From an uncultured Gemmatimonadales bacterium (GTDB lineage Bacteria > Gemmatimonadota > Gemmatimonadetes > Gemmatimonadales > GWC2-71-9): DNA of 64,000 nucleotides. The DNA is taken from assembly GCA_963771275.1 (NCBI GenBank), contig CAVYSW010000010.1, forward strand, positions 352,001-416,000, read 5' to 3'. The notes below the pieces were generated by a model. It was not told the origin of the DNA. It did not search any database and was given only the letters and a program-made list of their open reading frames with translations. Shown in pieces: positions 8,841 through 18,276 of the stretch; positions within the stretch are counted from its first letter, which is position 1; each line of letters starts with the position of its first letter. The position numbers and the translations under genes were made by a program.

Positions 8841-10456
8841 TGCGGTTCGACGCGCCGCTCGTGCTTGCCGTCGCGCCGCTCGTGGCGCTCACCGTGGCGC
8901 TGCTCGCGTGGTGGGCCCGCCGCGCCCGCGTGCGGCGCGCCGGCCGCTGGTCCGAGGCGCTCGGCCGCGTGGCGCGGCAGCTCAACCGGCTGGTGTGGAC
9001 CGGGCTCGCGGTCGCCGCGCTGTGCGGGACGGCGGCGCTCGCGGGACCGCGCTGGGGCCGCCAGCGCGTCGCGACCGACACCCAGGCGCTCGACCTCGTG
9101 ATCGCCGTCGACGTGTCGCGCTCGATGCTCGCGGAAGACATGAACCCGTCGCGGCTGGGCCGCGCCCAGCAGCAGATCCGGCGCCTGGTGCACGATCTCC
9201 AGGGCGATCGCGTCGGCCTGATCGGTTTCGCGGGTCGGAGCTTCATCCTGTCACCGCTCACCGGCGACGAGAGCGCGGTGCAGCTGCTGGTGGACGCGCT
9301 CGATCCCGACGTGGTGAGCGCCGGCGGCACCGACCTCGGCGCCGCGCTCAAGCAGGGTGGCGAGCTGCTGCTCGCCAGCGACCGCGTCGCCGACCGGGTG
9401 CTGGTGGTGTTCACCGACGGTGAGGGGCACGACTCGCTGGCCGCCGCCGCCGCGCAGGCACAGCGCCTTGAGCGGGCGGGCATCCGGCTGGTGCTCGTCG
9501 CCGAAGGGCAGGCCGTGCCGACCCGCATCCCGGAGCGCACGGCGACGGGGGAGCGCTCCGGCTATCACAAGGACCTGGCGGGCCAGGATGTGCTCACGGA
9601 GCGGCGCGACGACATGCTCACGGCCGTGGCGGACGCGGGGCAGGGCGTCCTGGTGGCGGCCGGGCTGGAGGACCAGGCCGGTGCGGTGCGCGACCTCGTC
9701 GCGGGCTACAAGCGCGCGCCGGCACGGACGACCGCGACACGCCACGACCTGCCGCGCGGCTGGATCCCGCTGCTGCTAGCGGTGGCGATCCTGCTGGCGC
9801 AGGCGTTCACCCGCCGCTCCGCCGCGCTCGCGGTGCTGACGCTGGCGCTGCTGCCGCACGGCGCGGGCGCGCAGGGCCCGCGCAACCCGGGGGACGACGC
9901 CTGGCGCGCGGGCGCGATCGAGACGGCCAGCGCCCGGTACCTGCGGCAGGCGGAGGCCGGCGTTGGGGCGGACACGTCATGGTACAACGCGGGCACGGCG
10001 CTGCTCGCGCTGCAGCGCTATCCGGCGGCGCGGGAAGCGCTGCTGCGCGCGGCGAAATCGGTGGATCCGGGACTGCGGTTCCGGGCGCTGTACAACCTCG
10101 GACTGATCGAGCTGCGCCTCGCGGCGACTGATTCCGCGAGCCGGGATGCGCACCTGGCAGAGGCGCGCGGGCGGTATCGCGAGGCGCTGCTGCTCCGGCC
10201 CGGTGACGCCGCCGCCAAGTGGAACCTCGAGCTGGCGATCACGGCGCCGCCGCCGGGCGCGGGAGGCGGCGGGCCGACGCCCCCGCCCCCGCGGGGCGGT
10301 GGCGCGAGCGAGACTGCGCAGCCGCGCCCCAGCCTCACCCGCGAGCAGGCGGAGCAGATCCTCCAGTCGATCGCCGCGGAGGAGCGCGACACGCGCGCCG
10401 AGCTCACGCGGCGCAAGGCGCAGCTCAAGGAGCCGCGCCGGGAGAAGGATTGGTAG
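8840..10456 (+). CDS. batB: BatB-like VWA protein fused to BatC-like TPR region
   Basis: DVSRSMLAEDMNPSRL, GDRVGLI.FAG, FTDGE; then YNAGTA, YNLG, AKWNLELA; ends EKDW. Confidence 0.85.
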   Translation: MRFDAPLVLAVAPLVALTVALLAWWARRARVRRAGRWSEALGRVARQLNRLVWTGLAVAALCGTAALAGPRWGRQRVATDTQALDLVIAVDVSRSMLAEDMNPSRLGRAQQQIRRLVHDLQGDRVGLIGFAGRSFILSPLTGDESAVQLLVDALDPDVVSAGGTDLGAALKQGGELLLASDRVADRVLVVFTDGEGHDSLAAAAAQAQRLERAGIRLVLVAEGQAVPTRIPERTATGERSGYHKDLAGQDVLTERRDDMLTAVADAGQGVLVAAGLEDQAGAVRDLVAGYKRAPARTTATRHDLPRGWIPLLLAVAILLAQAFTRRSAALAVLTLALLPHGAGAQGPRNPGDDAWRAGAIETASARYLRQAEAGVGADTSWYNAGTALLALQRYPAAREALLRAAKSVDPGLRFRALYNLGLIELRLAATDSASRDAHLAEARGRYREALLLRPGDAAAKWNLELAITAPPPGAGGGGPTPPPPRGGGASETAQPRPSLTREQAEQILQSIAAEERDTRAELTRRKAQLKEPRREKDW

Positions 10457-12786
10457 CCCTGCTCCTCGCCCTCGCGGCCCTGCAGCAGGGGCCCACCGTG
10501 AGCGCGACGGTCGACCGGGCCAGCGTGCTTGCGGGCGACGTCGTCACCCTGACCGTGCGCGTCGAGGCGAATGGCAACGAGCCCGTGCGGATCGCCGATC
10601 CGGTGCTCACCGGGTTCGAGGCGCGCGGCAGCCGCGACGTCACCCAGGTCCGCGTGGTGGACGGGCAGCCGCGCCGCGTCGTGACCCGCGAGCTCCGGCT
10701 GCTGGCCGTGGCGCCGGGCCGCGCGACGATCGGCCCGGTGCGCGTGACGCAAGGCACGCTCACCGCCGCGACGGCGGCGATCACCGTCACGATCAGCGCG
10801 CCGGGAGCCGGCACGGCCACGGCGGTGGCGCCGCGGGTCCGCCGGCTGCTCGACACGCTGGCGCCGCCGGGCGGGAACGACGTGGTGGTCGAGGTGCTCG
10901 CGCTGCCCGATGCGGTGCAGCTCGGCGACCAGCTCGACCTGGTGACGCTCGCGTGGTTTCCCCGCGACCTGCGCCAGCAGCTCCGCACGCCCCCCACGCT
11001 CCAGCCGCCCGACGTCGAGGGTGTGTGGTCGTACCAGCAGGTCACGGTGCCCGGCGTCGTGGCGAGCCGCGTGGCCGGCACCCGATGGTACGATCTGTTC
11101 ATGAGCCATCAGGTGGTGTTCCCGCTCACCGCGGGCGAGGTGCGCGTGGGCCGCGCGACGGTGACGTACGTGCAGCCGCTCAGCTACTCGTTCCTCAGTC
11201 GCGAGCTGCAGCACGAGGTGCAGAGCGAGAGTATCACGGTGGCGGTGCGGGACCAGCCCGCCGCCGGCCGCCCGGCGAACTTCTCCGGGGCGGCCGGCCG
11301 CGACCTCACCCTCACGCTCGCGGCGCTGCACACCACGCTGCCCCCCGGCGGCGCGGCGACGGTGTCGGCCACGATCACCGGCACGGGCAATGTCTCGCTC
11401 TGGCCCGAGCCGGTGATCGCGTGGCCCGCCGGGCTGCGCGTCTACCCCGGCGAGGTGAGCGTCGAGGTGACGTCTCGCGACGGGCTCGTGGGCGGCACCA
11501 AGCGGTTCGCGTATCTCGTCGTCGCCGACTCGGCCGGCACGCATCCCCTCCCGGGCCTGGTGTACCCGTACTTCGACCCGGTGCGGCGCCGCTACCTCAC
11601 GGCGAGCGCCGCAGGGCTCCAGCTCGTGGCCCCACCCGGCACCGTGGCCGCCGCGCCGCGCGCCCTGCCGCCTCCGCTGATGGAGCGCGGGGCCCCCGAT
11701 CTGACCCAGCGACTGGCCCGCCTCGCAACCTGGGTCTGGTGGGCGGTGCTCGCCGTGCCGCCGCTGGTGGTGCTGGTCGTCGCCGGGTTGCGCCGGCTGC
11801 GGGATCGTCGACGCCGGGCGCCGCCGCGCCGGCTGCTTGCAGTGCACCCCCTCGAGGCGGTGGACCGCGAGCTGCGCGACACGCTGGCACGCCTCGTCGG
11901 CCCGGCGTCCACCGCCGAGGGGCCACCGCTCGCGGCGGCGCTCCGCGCGGCGGGCGTCGATCCGCAGCTGGCGGCGCACGTGGTGCGGGTCCGCGAGCGG
12001 CTGCGCCAGGCGGTGTTCGGGCCGGCCGGGGCGTCCGACCCCGAGGAGCTGACCGCCGAGGTGCGGGAGGTGCTGCGCGCCCTGGCGGGCGAGGCGGGCG
12101 GGGCCGAGCGGCGCGAGCTGCTGACCCTGGTGACCGTGCTCGCGCTGCTCGTGTGGAGCGGGGGACTCGCGGCGCAGGGCCCGCGGCCCGAGCAGCTCTA
12201 CGAGGCGGGCGCGTTCCGGGCGGCGGCGGACAGCTTCGCCGCCCGCACCGCGCAGCAGCCTGCGATTGCGGCCTACTGGTACGATCTCGGCACGGCCTAC
12301 TACCGGCTCGGCGAGGACGGCCGCGCGCGCGCCGCGTGGATCCGCGCGGCGCGCCTCGCCCCGCGCGACGGCGCGATCCGGCGGGCCATGGCGCTGCTGC
12401 CCGCCGATGGCGCGTCCAACGCGATCGCGCCCGTCGCGCGGCTGACTCCCCGCGAGGCGCTGGGCGCGGCGGCGCTGTGCTGGCTCGCCGCGTGGGCCCT
12501 GCTGCCGTGGCGGCGGACCCGGCGGATCGGCATCGCCCTGGCCGTGATCGCGCTGGCCGCGGCCGTCGCGGCGTGGCACATCGACCGAGCGTACCGCCGG
12601 CCGGCCGCGATCGTGCTGCGGGACGACATCCCGCTCCGGAGCGCGCCGTTCGGCTCCGCGAGCGCGGCGCGCTCGCTGGTGGCGGGGAGCGCCGTGCGGG
12701 TGGATCGCACCGAGGGTGCCTGGCTGCTGGTCGAGCGGGCGGGCAGCACGGGCTGGGTGCTCGCCGGCGAGGTGGCGCGACTCTGA
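10450..12786 (+). CDS. batD: BatD-like protein fused to BatE-like TPR/SH3 region
   Basis: Probable TTG start; VSATVDR..., FSGAAG, GTGNV, YPYFDP; C-terminal WYDLGTAYYRLG TPR and SH3b-like GWV. Confidence 0.75.
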   Translation: MVALLLALAALQQGPTVSATVDRASVLAGDVVTLTVRVEANGNEPVRIADPVLTGFEARGSRDVTQVRVVDGQPRRVVTRELRLLAVAPGRATIGPVRVTQGTLTAATAAITVTISAPGAGTATAVAPRVRRLLDTLAPPGGNDVVVEVLALPDAVQLGDQLDLVTLAWFPRDLRQQLRTPPTLQPPDVEGVWSYQQVTVPGVVASRVAGTRWYDLFMSHQVVFPLTAGEVRVGRATVTYVQPLSYSFLSRELQHEVQSESITVAVRDQPAAGRPANFSGAAGRDLTLTLAALHTTLPPGGAATVSATITGTGNVSLWPEPVIAWPAGLRVYPGEVSVEVTSRDGLVGGTKRFAYLVVADSAGTHPLPGLVYPYFDPVRRRYLTASAAGLQLVAPPGTVAAAPRALPPPLMERGAPDLTQRLARLATWVWWAVLAVPPLVVLVVAGLRRLRDRRRRAPPRRLLAVHPLEAVDRELRDTLARLVGPASTAEGPPLAAALRAAGVDPQLAAHVVRVRERLRQAVFGPAGASDPEELTAEVREVLRALAGEAGGAERRELLTLVTVLALLVWSGGLAAQGPRPEQLYEAGAFRAAADSFAARTAQQPAIAAYWYDLGTAYYRLGEDGRARAAWIRAARLAPRDGAIRRAMALLPADGASNAIAPVARLTPREALGAAALCWLAAWALLPWRRTRRIGIALAVIALAAAVAAWHIDRAYRRPAAIVLRDDIPLRSAPFGSASAARSLVAGSAVRVDRTEGAWLLVERAGSTGWVLAGEVARL

Positions 12787-14510
12787 TGGGACGCGTCCAT
12801 ATTCTCCCCGATGCCGTCGCCGACCAGATCGCGGCGGGCGAGGTGGTCGAGCGGCCTGCCTCGGTCGTGAAGGAGTTGGTCGAGAACGCACTCGACGCCG
12901 GCGCCACGGACGTCGCGGTCGATCTCGAGGGTGGCGGGCGCACCCGCATCCGGGTTGCCGACAACGGCTGCGGCATGGACCGGGAGGACGCCGTGCTCGC
13001 GCTCGATCGCCACGCCACCAGCAAGATCAGCCGGGCGGCGGACCTGGTCGGCGTGCGCACGTACGGCTTCCGCGGTGAGGCGCTGCCCGCGATCGCCTCG
13101 GTGTCGCACTTCACGCTCGAAACCGCCCCGGCCCCGGGCGGTAGCGGCACCCGCGTCGTGGTGCGGGGCGGACGGGTGGATGAAGTGGCGCCGGTCGCGC
13201 GCCAGCCGGGAACGACGGTCACCGTCGAGCGGCTGTTCTTCAATACGCCGGCGCGGCGCAAGTTCCTCCGCGTGGCGCGGACCGAGACGCGCGCCGCCGT
13301 CGAGGCGCTCACGCTGCTCGCGCTCGGCCGGCTGGACGTCGCGTTCCGGCTGGAGAGCGAAGGACGCATGCTGCTCGACGCGCCGCGCGCGGAGCGCCCG
13401 GGCGACCGGATTCGCGCGCTGTTCGGCGCGGCGCTCGAGGGACAGCTCCTGCCGGTGGCGTGGAGCGCGGGGCCGCTGCGGGTGGGCGGGTTCGTCCAGC
13501 GGCCGGCCGACGCCCGGCCCACGGGGCGCAAGGCCTACCTGTTCGTCAACGGCCGTCCGTTCCGTGATCCATTTCTCGTGCGGGCCTCCGAGGCGGGCTG
13601 CCGAGGTGCGCTCGATCCGGGCTCGCGGCCCACGGTGGTGCTCACGCTGGAGCTGCCGGGCGACGAGGTGGACGTGAACGTCCATCCGGCGAAGCTCGAG
13701 GTGCGGTTCCGCGATCGGTTCTTCGTCGAGCGCACGGTCGAGGAAGCGGTGCGCGAGGCGATCAGGCCGCTCGCGGCGGCAGCGGTGGTGCGCGGGGCCG
13801 GTGCGGCGGACGTCGAGGGCGGCGGCCGCTGGCGGCCCGGGGCGCTCGACCCGGCGGCGCGCGCCGCGGGACCGGCCGGCAGCGCGGTCCCGCTGTCGTT
13901 CTTCGCGCCAGACGTCGGCACGGCGCCCGAGCGGGCGACGCCGCGGCGCGGACTGCTTCAGGTGTTCGACACGTTCATCCTGATGGAGACGCCCGACGGC
14001 GTCGCCATCATCGACCAGCACTCGGCGCATGAGCGCGTGCTCTACGAGCGGGCGATCGCGGAGCTGTCGGGGGGCGAGGCGGCGGCCCAGCGGCTGCTGC
14101 TGCCGTTCACGATCCGGCTCGAGCCCAAGGAGCTCGAAGCGGTGGAGGCATACGGCGAGCTGCTGGCGCGGATCGGCTACGAGGTGGCGCCATTCGGCGG
14201 CGACGCGGTGATCGCGCACGCGGTGCCCAACCCGCACCCGCGGTTCGACGCACCGCGCTGCCTCGAGGAGCTGGTGGCCGACCTGGCGCGCGGGCGGTTC
14301 GGCGCGCTCAACAACCGGCTGGAGCGCTTCGCCGCGACGTACGCCTGCCGCGCCGCGGTGAAAGCGGGCGACCGGCTCGAGCCCGCCGAGCTGGAGCGGC
14401 TGGTGGAGCGACTGTTTGCGTGCACGCTCCCGCCGCACGACGTGCACGGCCGGCCGACCATCGTCCAGCTGCCGCGCGCGGAGATCGAGCGGAGGTTCGG
14501 GCGTGCCTGA
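12786..14510 (+). CDS. mutL: DNA mismatch repair protein MutL
   Basis: IAAGEVVERPASVVKELVENALDAG; GFRGEAL; DQHSAHERVLYE. Confidence 0.97.
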   Translation: MGRVHILPDAVADQIAAGEVVERPASVVKELVENALDAGATDVAVDLEGGGRTRIRVADNGCGMDREDAVLALDRHATSKISRAADLVGVRTYGFRGEALPAIASVSHFTLETAPAPGGSGTRVVVRGGRVDEVAPVARQPGTTVTVERLFFNTPARRKFLRVARTETRAAVEALTLLALGRLDVAFRLESEGRMLLDAPRAERPGDRIRALFGAALEGQLLPVAWSAGPLRVGGFVQRPADARPTGRKAYLFVNGRPFRDPFLVRASEAGCRGALDPGSRPTVVLTLELPGDEVDVNVHPAKLEVRFRDRFFVERTVEEAVREAIRPLAAAAVVRGAGAADVEGGGRWRPGALDPAARAAGPAGSAVPLSFFAPDVGTAPERATPRRGLLQVFDTFILMETPDGVAIIDQHSAHERVLYERAIAELSGGEAAAQRLLLPFTIRLEPKELEAVEAYGELLARIGYEVAPFGGDAVIAHAVPNPHPRFDAPRCLEELVADLARGRFGALNNRLERFAATYACRAAVKAGDRLEPAELERLVERLFACTLPPHDVHGRPTIVQLPRAEIERRFGRA

Positions 14511-15423
14511 CGCCAGGCGACTGGTGCCGATCCTCGTGGGGCCGACCGCCGTCGGCAAGACCGCCGTGACGGCGGCGCTCGCCACGCACTGGCCGCTCAC
14601 GGTCATCTCGGCGGACTCGCGCCAGGTGTACCGGGAGCTCGACATCGGGACCGCCAAGCCGCCGGCTGAGCTGCGCGCGCGCGTGCCGCACTTCGGGCTC
14701 GACCTGGTCGAGCCGGGGCAGCGCTACAGCGCCGGGCGCTTCGCGGCCGACGCCGTGGGTTGGCTCGCCGGCATCGGCGCCGATCGGATGCCGCTGGTGG
14801 TGGGGGGCACCGGGTTCTACGTGCGCGCTCTGGTGGATGGCCTGTTCCACGAGCCGCCGATGGATCCCGAGCGCCGCGAGCGGCTGCGTGCCGCGCTGGC
14901 CCACCTGCCGGCGGTGGCCGCGTGGGCCGTCCGGCTCGACCCGGGGTATACCGGGGGCGGCCGGCAGCGCGCGGCGCGCGCGATCGAGGTGGCGCTGCTC
15001 TCGGGACGTCCGCTGTCGTGGTGGCAGGCGCACGCGCGGGCCCACGGCGTGCTCACCCCGTGGTACGTGCGGCTCACCGTGCCGCGCGCGGTGCTGCGCC
15101 AGCGGATCGTCGAGCGGACCGACGCGATGCTCGCCGCCGGGCTGATCGGCGAGGTACAAGCCCTGCTCGGGCGCGGGATCGCGCCCGACGCGCCGGGCCT
15201 GGACGGCATCGGCTACCGCGAAGCCGTGCAGGCGGTGCTTGGTCGGCACACGCGCGACCGGCTGCTCGCGGCGATCGTTTCGGCCACCACGCGGTACGCC
15301 AAGCGCCAGGAAACGTGGTTCCGCCACCAGCTGGAGGGAGACGTGCTCACACTCGATGCCACCCGCCCCGCGAGCGCGCTCGCGGCCGAGATCGTCGCCC
15401 GCTGGCCCGGCGGGGAACGCTGA
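14503..15423 (+). CDS. miaA: tRNA dimethylallyltransferase
   Basis: GPTAVGKT, ISADSRQVYRELDIGTAKP, VGGTGFY, YAKRQETWF. Confidence 0.96.
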   Translation: MPDARRLVPILVGPTAVGKTAVTAALATHWPLTVISADSRQVYRELDIGTAKPPAELRARVPHFGLDLVEPGQRYSAGRFAADAVGWLAGIGADRMPLVVGGTGFYVRALVDGLFHEPPMDPERRERLRAALAHLPAVAAWAVRLDPGYTGGGRQRAARAIEVALLSGRPLSWWQAHARAHGVLTPWYVRLTVPRAVLRQRIVERTDAMLAAGLIGEVQALLGRGIAPDAPGLDGIGYREAVQAVLGRHTRDRLLAAIVSATTRYAKRQETWFRHQLEGDVLTLDATRPASALAAEIVARWPGGER

Positions 15424-16550
15424 TGCGCATCGGCATCACCTGCTATCCGACGTACGGCGGTTCCGGCGCGCTCGCCACGGAGCTCGCGCTGGCGCTCGGA
15501 CGCCGCGGCCACGAGGTGCACGTGATCTCCTCGTCCTCGCCGTTCCGGCTGCGCCGCTATGCCGAGCACGTGTACTTCCACGAAGTGGACCTGAGCGGCG
15601 CCTATCCGCTGCTCGAGCACTTCCCCTACCTGCTGGCGCTCGCGGTGAAGCAGCACGAGGTGGCGCTGCGCGAGGGGCTCGAGATCCTCCACGTCCACTA
15701 CGCCGTGCCGCACGCCACGGCCGCGTTCCTCGCCAAGCAGATGCTCGAGCCCGATCACGACATCAAGGTCGTGACCACGTTGCACGGCACCGACATCACG
15801 CTCGTAGGGCAGGAGAAATCGTTCTTCACGGTCACCAAGTTCTCGATTGAGCGCTCGGATGCCGTCACCGCCGTCTCGACGTTCCTGCGGGACGAGACCT
15901 ACAAGGCGTTCGGCTGCACGACGTGCGAGATCGAGGTGATTCCCAATTTCGTGAACCTCGCCGACTTTCATCCGGCCACGGATGCGGGCTGTCGCTCGGC
16001 GTTCGGCCCGCCCGACCGCCACGTGATCATGCACATCTCGAACTTCCGGCCGGTGAAGCGCGTGCACGACGTCGTGCGGGCGTTCGCGACGATCCGCCGC
16101 GCGCTCCCCGCCGTGCTCGTGTTCGTGGGCGACGGCCCGGAGCGCCCAGCGGCCGAGGCGCTGGTCGAAGAGCTCGACCTCGTGCAGGACGTTCGCTTCC
16201 TGGGCAAGGTGGACGCCGTGGCGGACCTGCTGCGGTGCGCCGACCTATTCCTGCTCCCGAGCGGCTCCGAGTCGTTCGGGCTCGCGGCGCTCGAGGCGCT
16301 GGCGTGCGGGGTACCAGTGGTCGCGACCAACGTCGGCGGCCTGCCGGACGTGGTTGACGACGGCGTCACGGGCGCGCTCGTGCCGGTGGGCGACACGGAG
16401 GCGCTCGCGAGCCGGAGCGTGGCGCTGCTGAGCGACCCGGCGCGCCTCGCGGCGACACGCGCCGCGTGCGTACGGAGCGCCGCCAAGTACTCGGCCGACC
16501 TGATCGTGCCCCGCTACGAGGAGCTCTACGCCCGGGTGCTCGCCCAATGA
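15423..16550 (+). CDS. bshA: N-acetyl-alpha-D-glucosaminyl L-malate synthase
   Basis: MRIGITCYPTYGGSG; HVHYAVPHA; TTLHGTDITLVG; HISNFRPVKR; ESFGLAALEA. Confidence 0.93.
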   Translation: MRIGITCYPTYGGSGALATELALALGRRGHEVHVISSSSPFRLRRYAEHVYFHEVDLSGAYPLLEHFPYLLALAVKQHEVALREGLEILHVHYAVPHATAAFLAKQMLEPDHDIKVVTTLHGTDITLVGQEKSFFTVTKFSIERSDAVTAVSTFLRDETYKAFGCTTCEIEVIPNFVNLADFHPATDAGCRSAFGPPDRHVIMHISNFRPVKRVHDVVRAFATIRRALPAVLVFVGDGPERPAAEALVEELDLVQDVRFLGKVDAVADLLRCADLFLLPSGSESFGLAALEALACGVPVVATNVGGLPDVVDDGVTGALVPVGDTEALASRSVALLSDPARLAATRAACVRSAAKYSADLIVPRYEELYARVLAQ

Positions 16551-17329
16551 GCTGGTGGGACGGCCTCATCCTCGGCATCGTGCAGGGCCTGACGGAATTC
16601 CTGCCCGTGTCGAGCTCCGGTCACCTCGTGGTGACCGAGGCGGTGCTTGGCGTCCGGGTGCCCGGCGTGTTCGTCGAGGTGGCGCTGCACGTCGCGACCC
16701 TCGTGGCGGTGCTGATCGTCTACCGGCGCCGCGTCCTCGAGCTCGTGTCGGGCGCGCTCACCGGGAAAGGCACGGCCTGGCGCTCGGTGGGGCTGCTGCT
16801 CTTGGCCTCCGTGCCGGCCGGCGTCGTGGGCGTCCTGTTCAACGACTTCTTCGAGCGCACGTTCCACGCGCTGGGCGTCGTCGGCGTGGACTTCCTCGTG
16901 ACCGGCGTGATCCTCTGGTCCGCCGGCCGGGCGCGGACGGGTGGCCGGTCGGAGCCGGACGCCAAAGGCGCGCTCGCGATCGGTCTGGCACAGGCGTGCG
17001 CCATTCTGCCGGGCATCTCGCGCTCGGGCTCGACAGTGACGGCGGGCATCTGGACGGGCGTCGATCCGGTGCGCGCCGCCGAGTTCTCGTTTCTCATGGC
17101 GGTGCCGGCCATCGCCGGGGCGGCGGTGCTCCACCTGCCCGCGCTCTCGCGCGAGAGCCTGGTCGTTGGCGCGGGGCCCCTCGTGCTGAGCTTCGTCGCG
17201 GCCCTCGTGTCGGGCGTGCTCGCCATGCGGCTGCTGGTGCGCCTGCTCGCGCGGCGCGCGTTCCATCGGTTCGCGCCGTACTGCTGGGCGATCGGTGCGG
17301 TCACCCTCGTCTGGGCCCTGCTGCGCTGA
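16547..17329 (+). CDS. uppP: Undecaprenyl-diphosphate phosphatase
   Basis: GIVQGLTEFLPVSSSGHL; PGISRSGST; AEFSFLM. Confidence 0.96.
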   Translation: MSWWDGLILGIVQGLTEFLPVSSSGHLVVTEAVLGVRVPGVFVEVALHVATLVAVLIVYRRRVLELVSGALTGKGTAWRSVGLLLLASVPAGVVGVLFNDFFERTFHALGVVGVDFLVTGVILWSAGRARTGGRSEPDAKGALAIGLAQACAILPGISRSGSTVTAGIWTGVDPVRAAEFSFLMAVPAIAGAAVLHLPALSRESLVVGAGPLVLSFVAALVSGVLAMRLLVRLLARRAFHRFAPYCWAIGAVTLVWALLR

Positions 17330-17335
17330 TGTTTT

Positions 17336-17390
17336 CTGCCGTCCCTGCCGTCCCTGCCGCCGCCTCTGCCGCCCCTGCCGCGCCCGCCGC
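17336..17390. repeat. Degenerate 9-mer tandem repeat (CTGCCGTCC-like)
   Basis: CTGCCGTCC CTGCCGTCC CTGCCGCCG...CTGCCGCCC CTGCCGCG in the uppP-birA spacer. Confidence 0.7.
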
Positions 17391-18224
17391 ATGAAATACG
17401 ACGGGCTGGACCCGGAGGACCTCGCGCTGCGCACGCGGACGCCGGGCTTGGTCGTGCTGGCCGAGGTGACCAGCGCGCTCGATGTGCTGCATGGGCTGGC
17501 GGCCGAAGGCGCGCGCGCCGGGACCGCCGTGCTCGCGGCCGTGCAGACGCGCGGGCGCGGCCGCCAGGGCAGGAGCTGGCACAGCCCGGCGGGGCAGGGG
17601 ATCTGGCTCGCCTACCTGGTGCGGCCGCCCGCGCCGCTCGAGACCGGCGTGCTGGCACTCCGCGTGGGACTGGCAGTGGCGGCGACGCTCGAGCAGCTCG
17701 GCGCCCGGCCGCGGGTGAAGTGGCCCAACGACGTGCTGCTCGACGGGCGCAAGGTGGCCGGCATCCTGTGCGAGGCACGTGGCATGCCGGGCGAGCCGGG
17801 CTGGGTGGCTGTGGGGATTGGCATGAACGTGCATGGTCCCCTGCCCGCCGAGCTGGCACAGAGCGCGGTGGCGCTGGACGAGACCGTGCCGGTCACCCGC
17901 GTGACGGTGCTCGAGCGCCTGTTGCCGCTGCTCAACGGCCTCGCGCTCTCGTCCCGGCTGGATCCGGCCGAGCAGCGCGTGTATGCGGCGCTCGACTGGC
18001 TGCGCGGCCGACAGCTCCGCGCGCCCGCCGCCGGTGTGGCGCGCGGCATCGACGCCGACGGCGCGCTGCTGGTCGAGACCAGCGCGGGCCCGCGCCGAGT
18101 CGTGGCCGGGAGCGTCGAGCTCGAGAACGCAGAACGCAAACTGCAGAGTGACGTGGGAAACGGGAAGCGGGAAACGGGAAACGACCCCCGGGCCAGCCAC
18201 CCACCGCCAGCCACCAACCGCTAA
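17391..18224 (+). CDS. birA: Biotin-protein ligase (no HTH domain)
   Basis: QTRGRGRQGRSW, KWPNDVLLDGRKVAGIL, GIGMN; the C-terminal tail is repeat-derived. Confidence 0.93.
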   Translation: MKYDGLDPEDLALRTRTPGLVVLAEVTSALDVLHGLAAEGARAGTAVLAAVQTRGRGRQGRSWHSPAGQGIWLAYLVRPPAPLETGVLALRVGLAVAATLEQLGARPRVKWPNDVLLDGRKVAGILCEARGMPGEPGWVAVGIGMNVHGPLPAELAQSAVALDETVPVTRVTVLERLLPLLNGLALSSRLDPAEQRVYAALDWLRGRQLRAPAAGVARGIDADGALLVETSAGPRRVVAGSVELENAERKLQSDVGNGKRETGNDPRASHPPPATNR

Positions 18225-18234
18225 CCGCTAACGC
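18124..18234. repeat. Three adjacent 7-mer tandem arrays
   Basis: AGAACGC x2; GGGAAAC-type x4 (18155-18182); CCAGCCA/CTAACCG-type x6. Confidence 0.75.
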
Positions 18235-18276
18235 CTCACGGCTCGCGCGCGCTAGATTCGGTCGGACGGAGGTCGC

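Noticed and set aside
10146..14510. 1454-aa ORF suggesting a giant MutL fusion
   Set aside because: MutL begins at ATG 12786, overlapping the batD stop; the upstream part is an off-frame read of batB/batD
10018..14657. Very long antisense and alternate-frame ORFs (957, 785, 644 aa, and many similar ones across the window)
   Set aside because: Shadow ORFs of high-GC coding DNA: Arg/Pro/Ala-rich, no motifs, and overlapping well-supported genes
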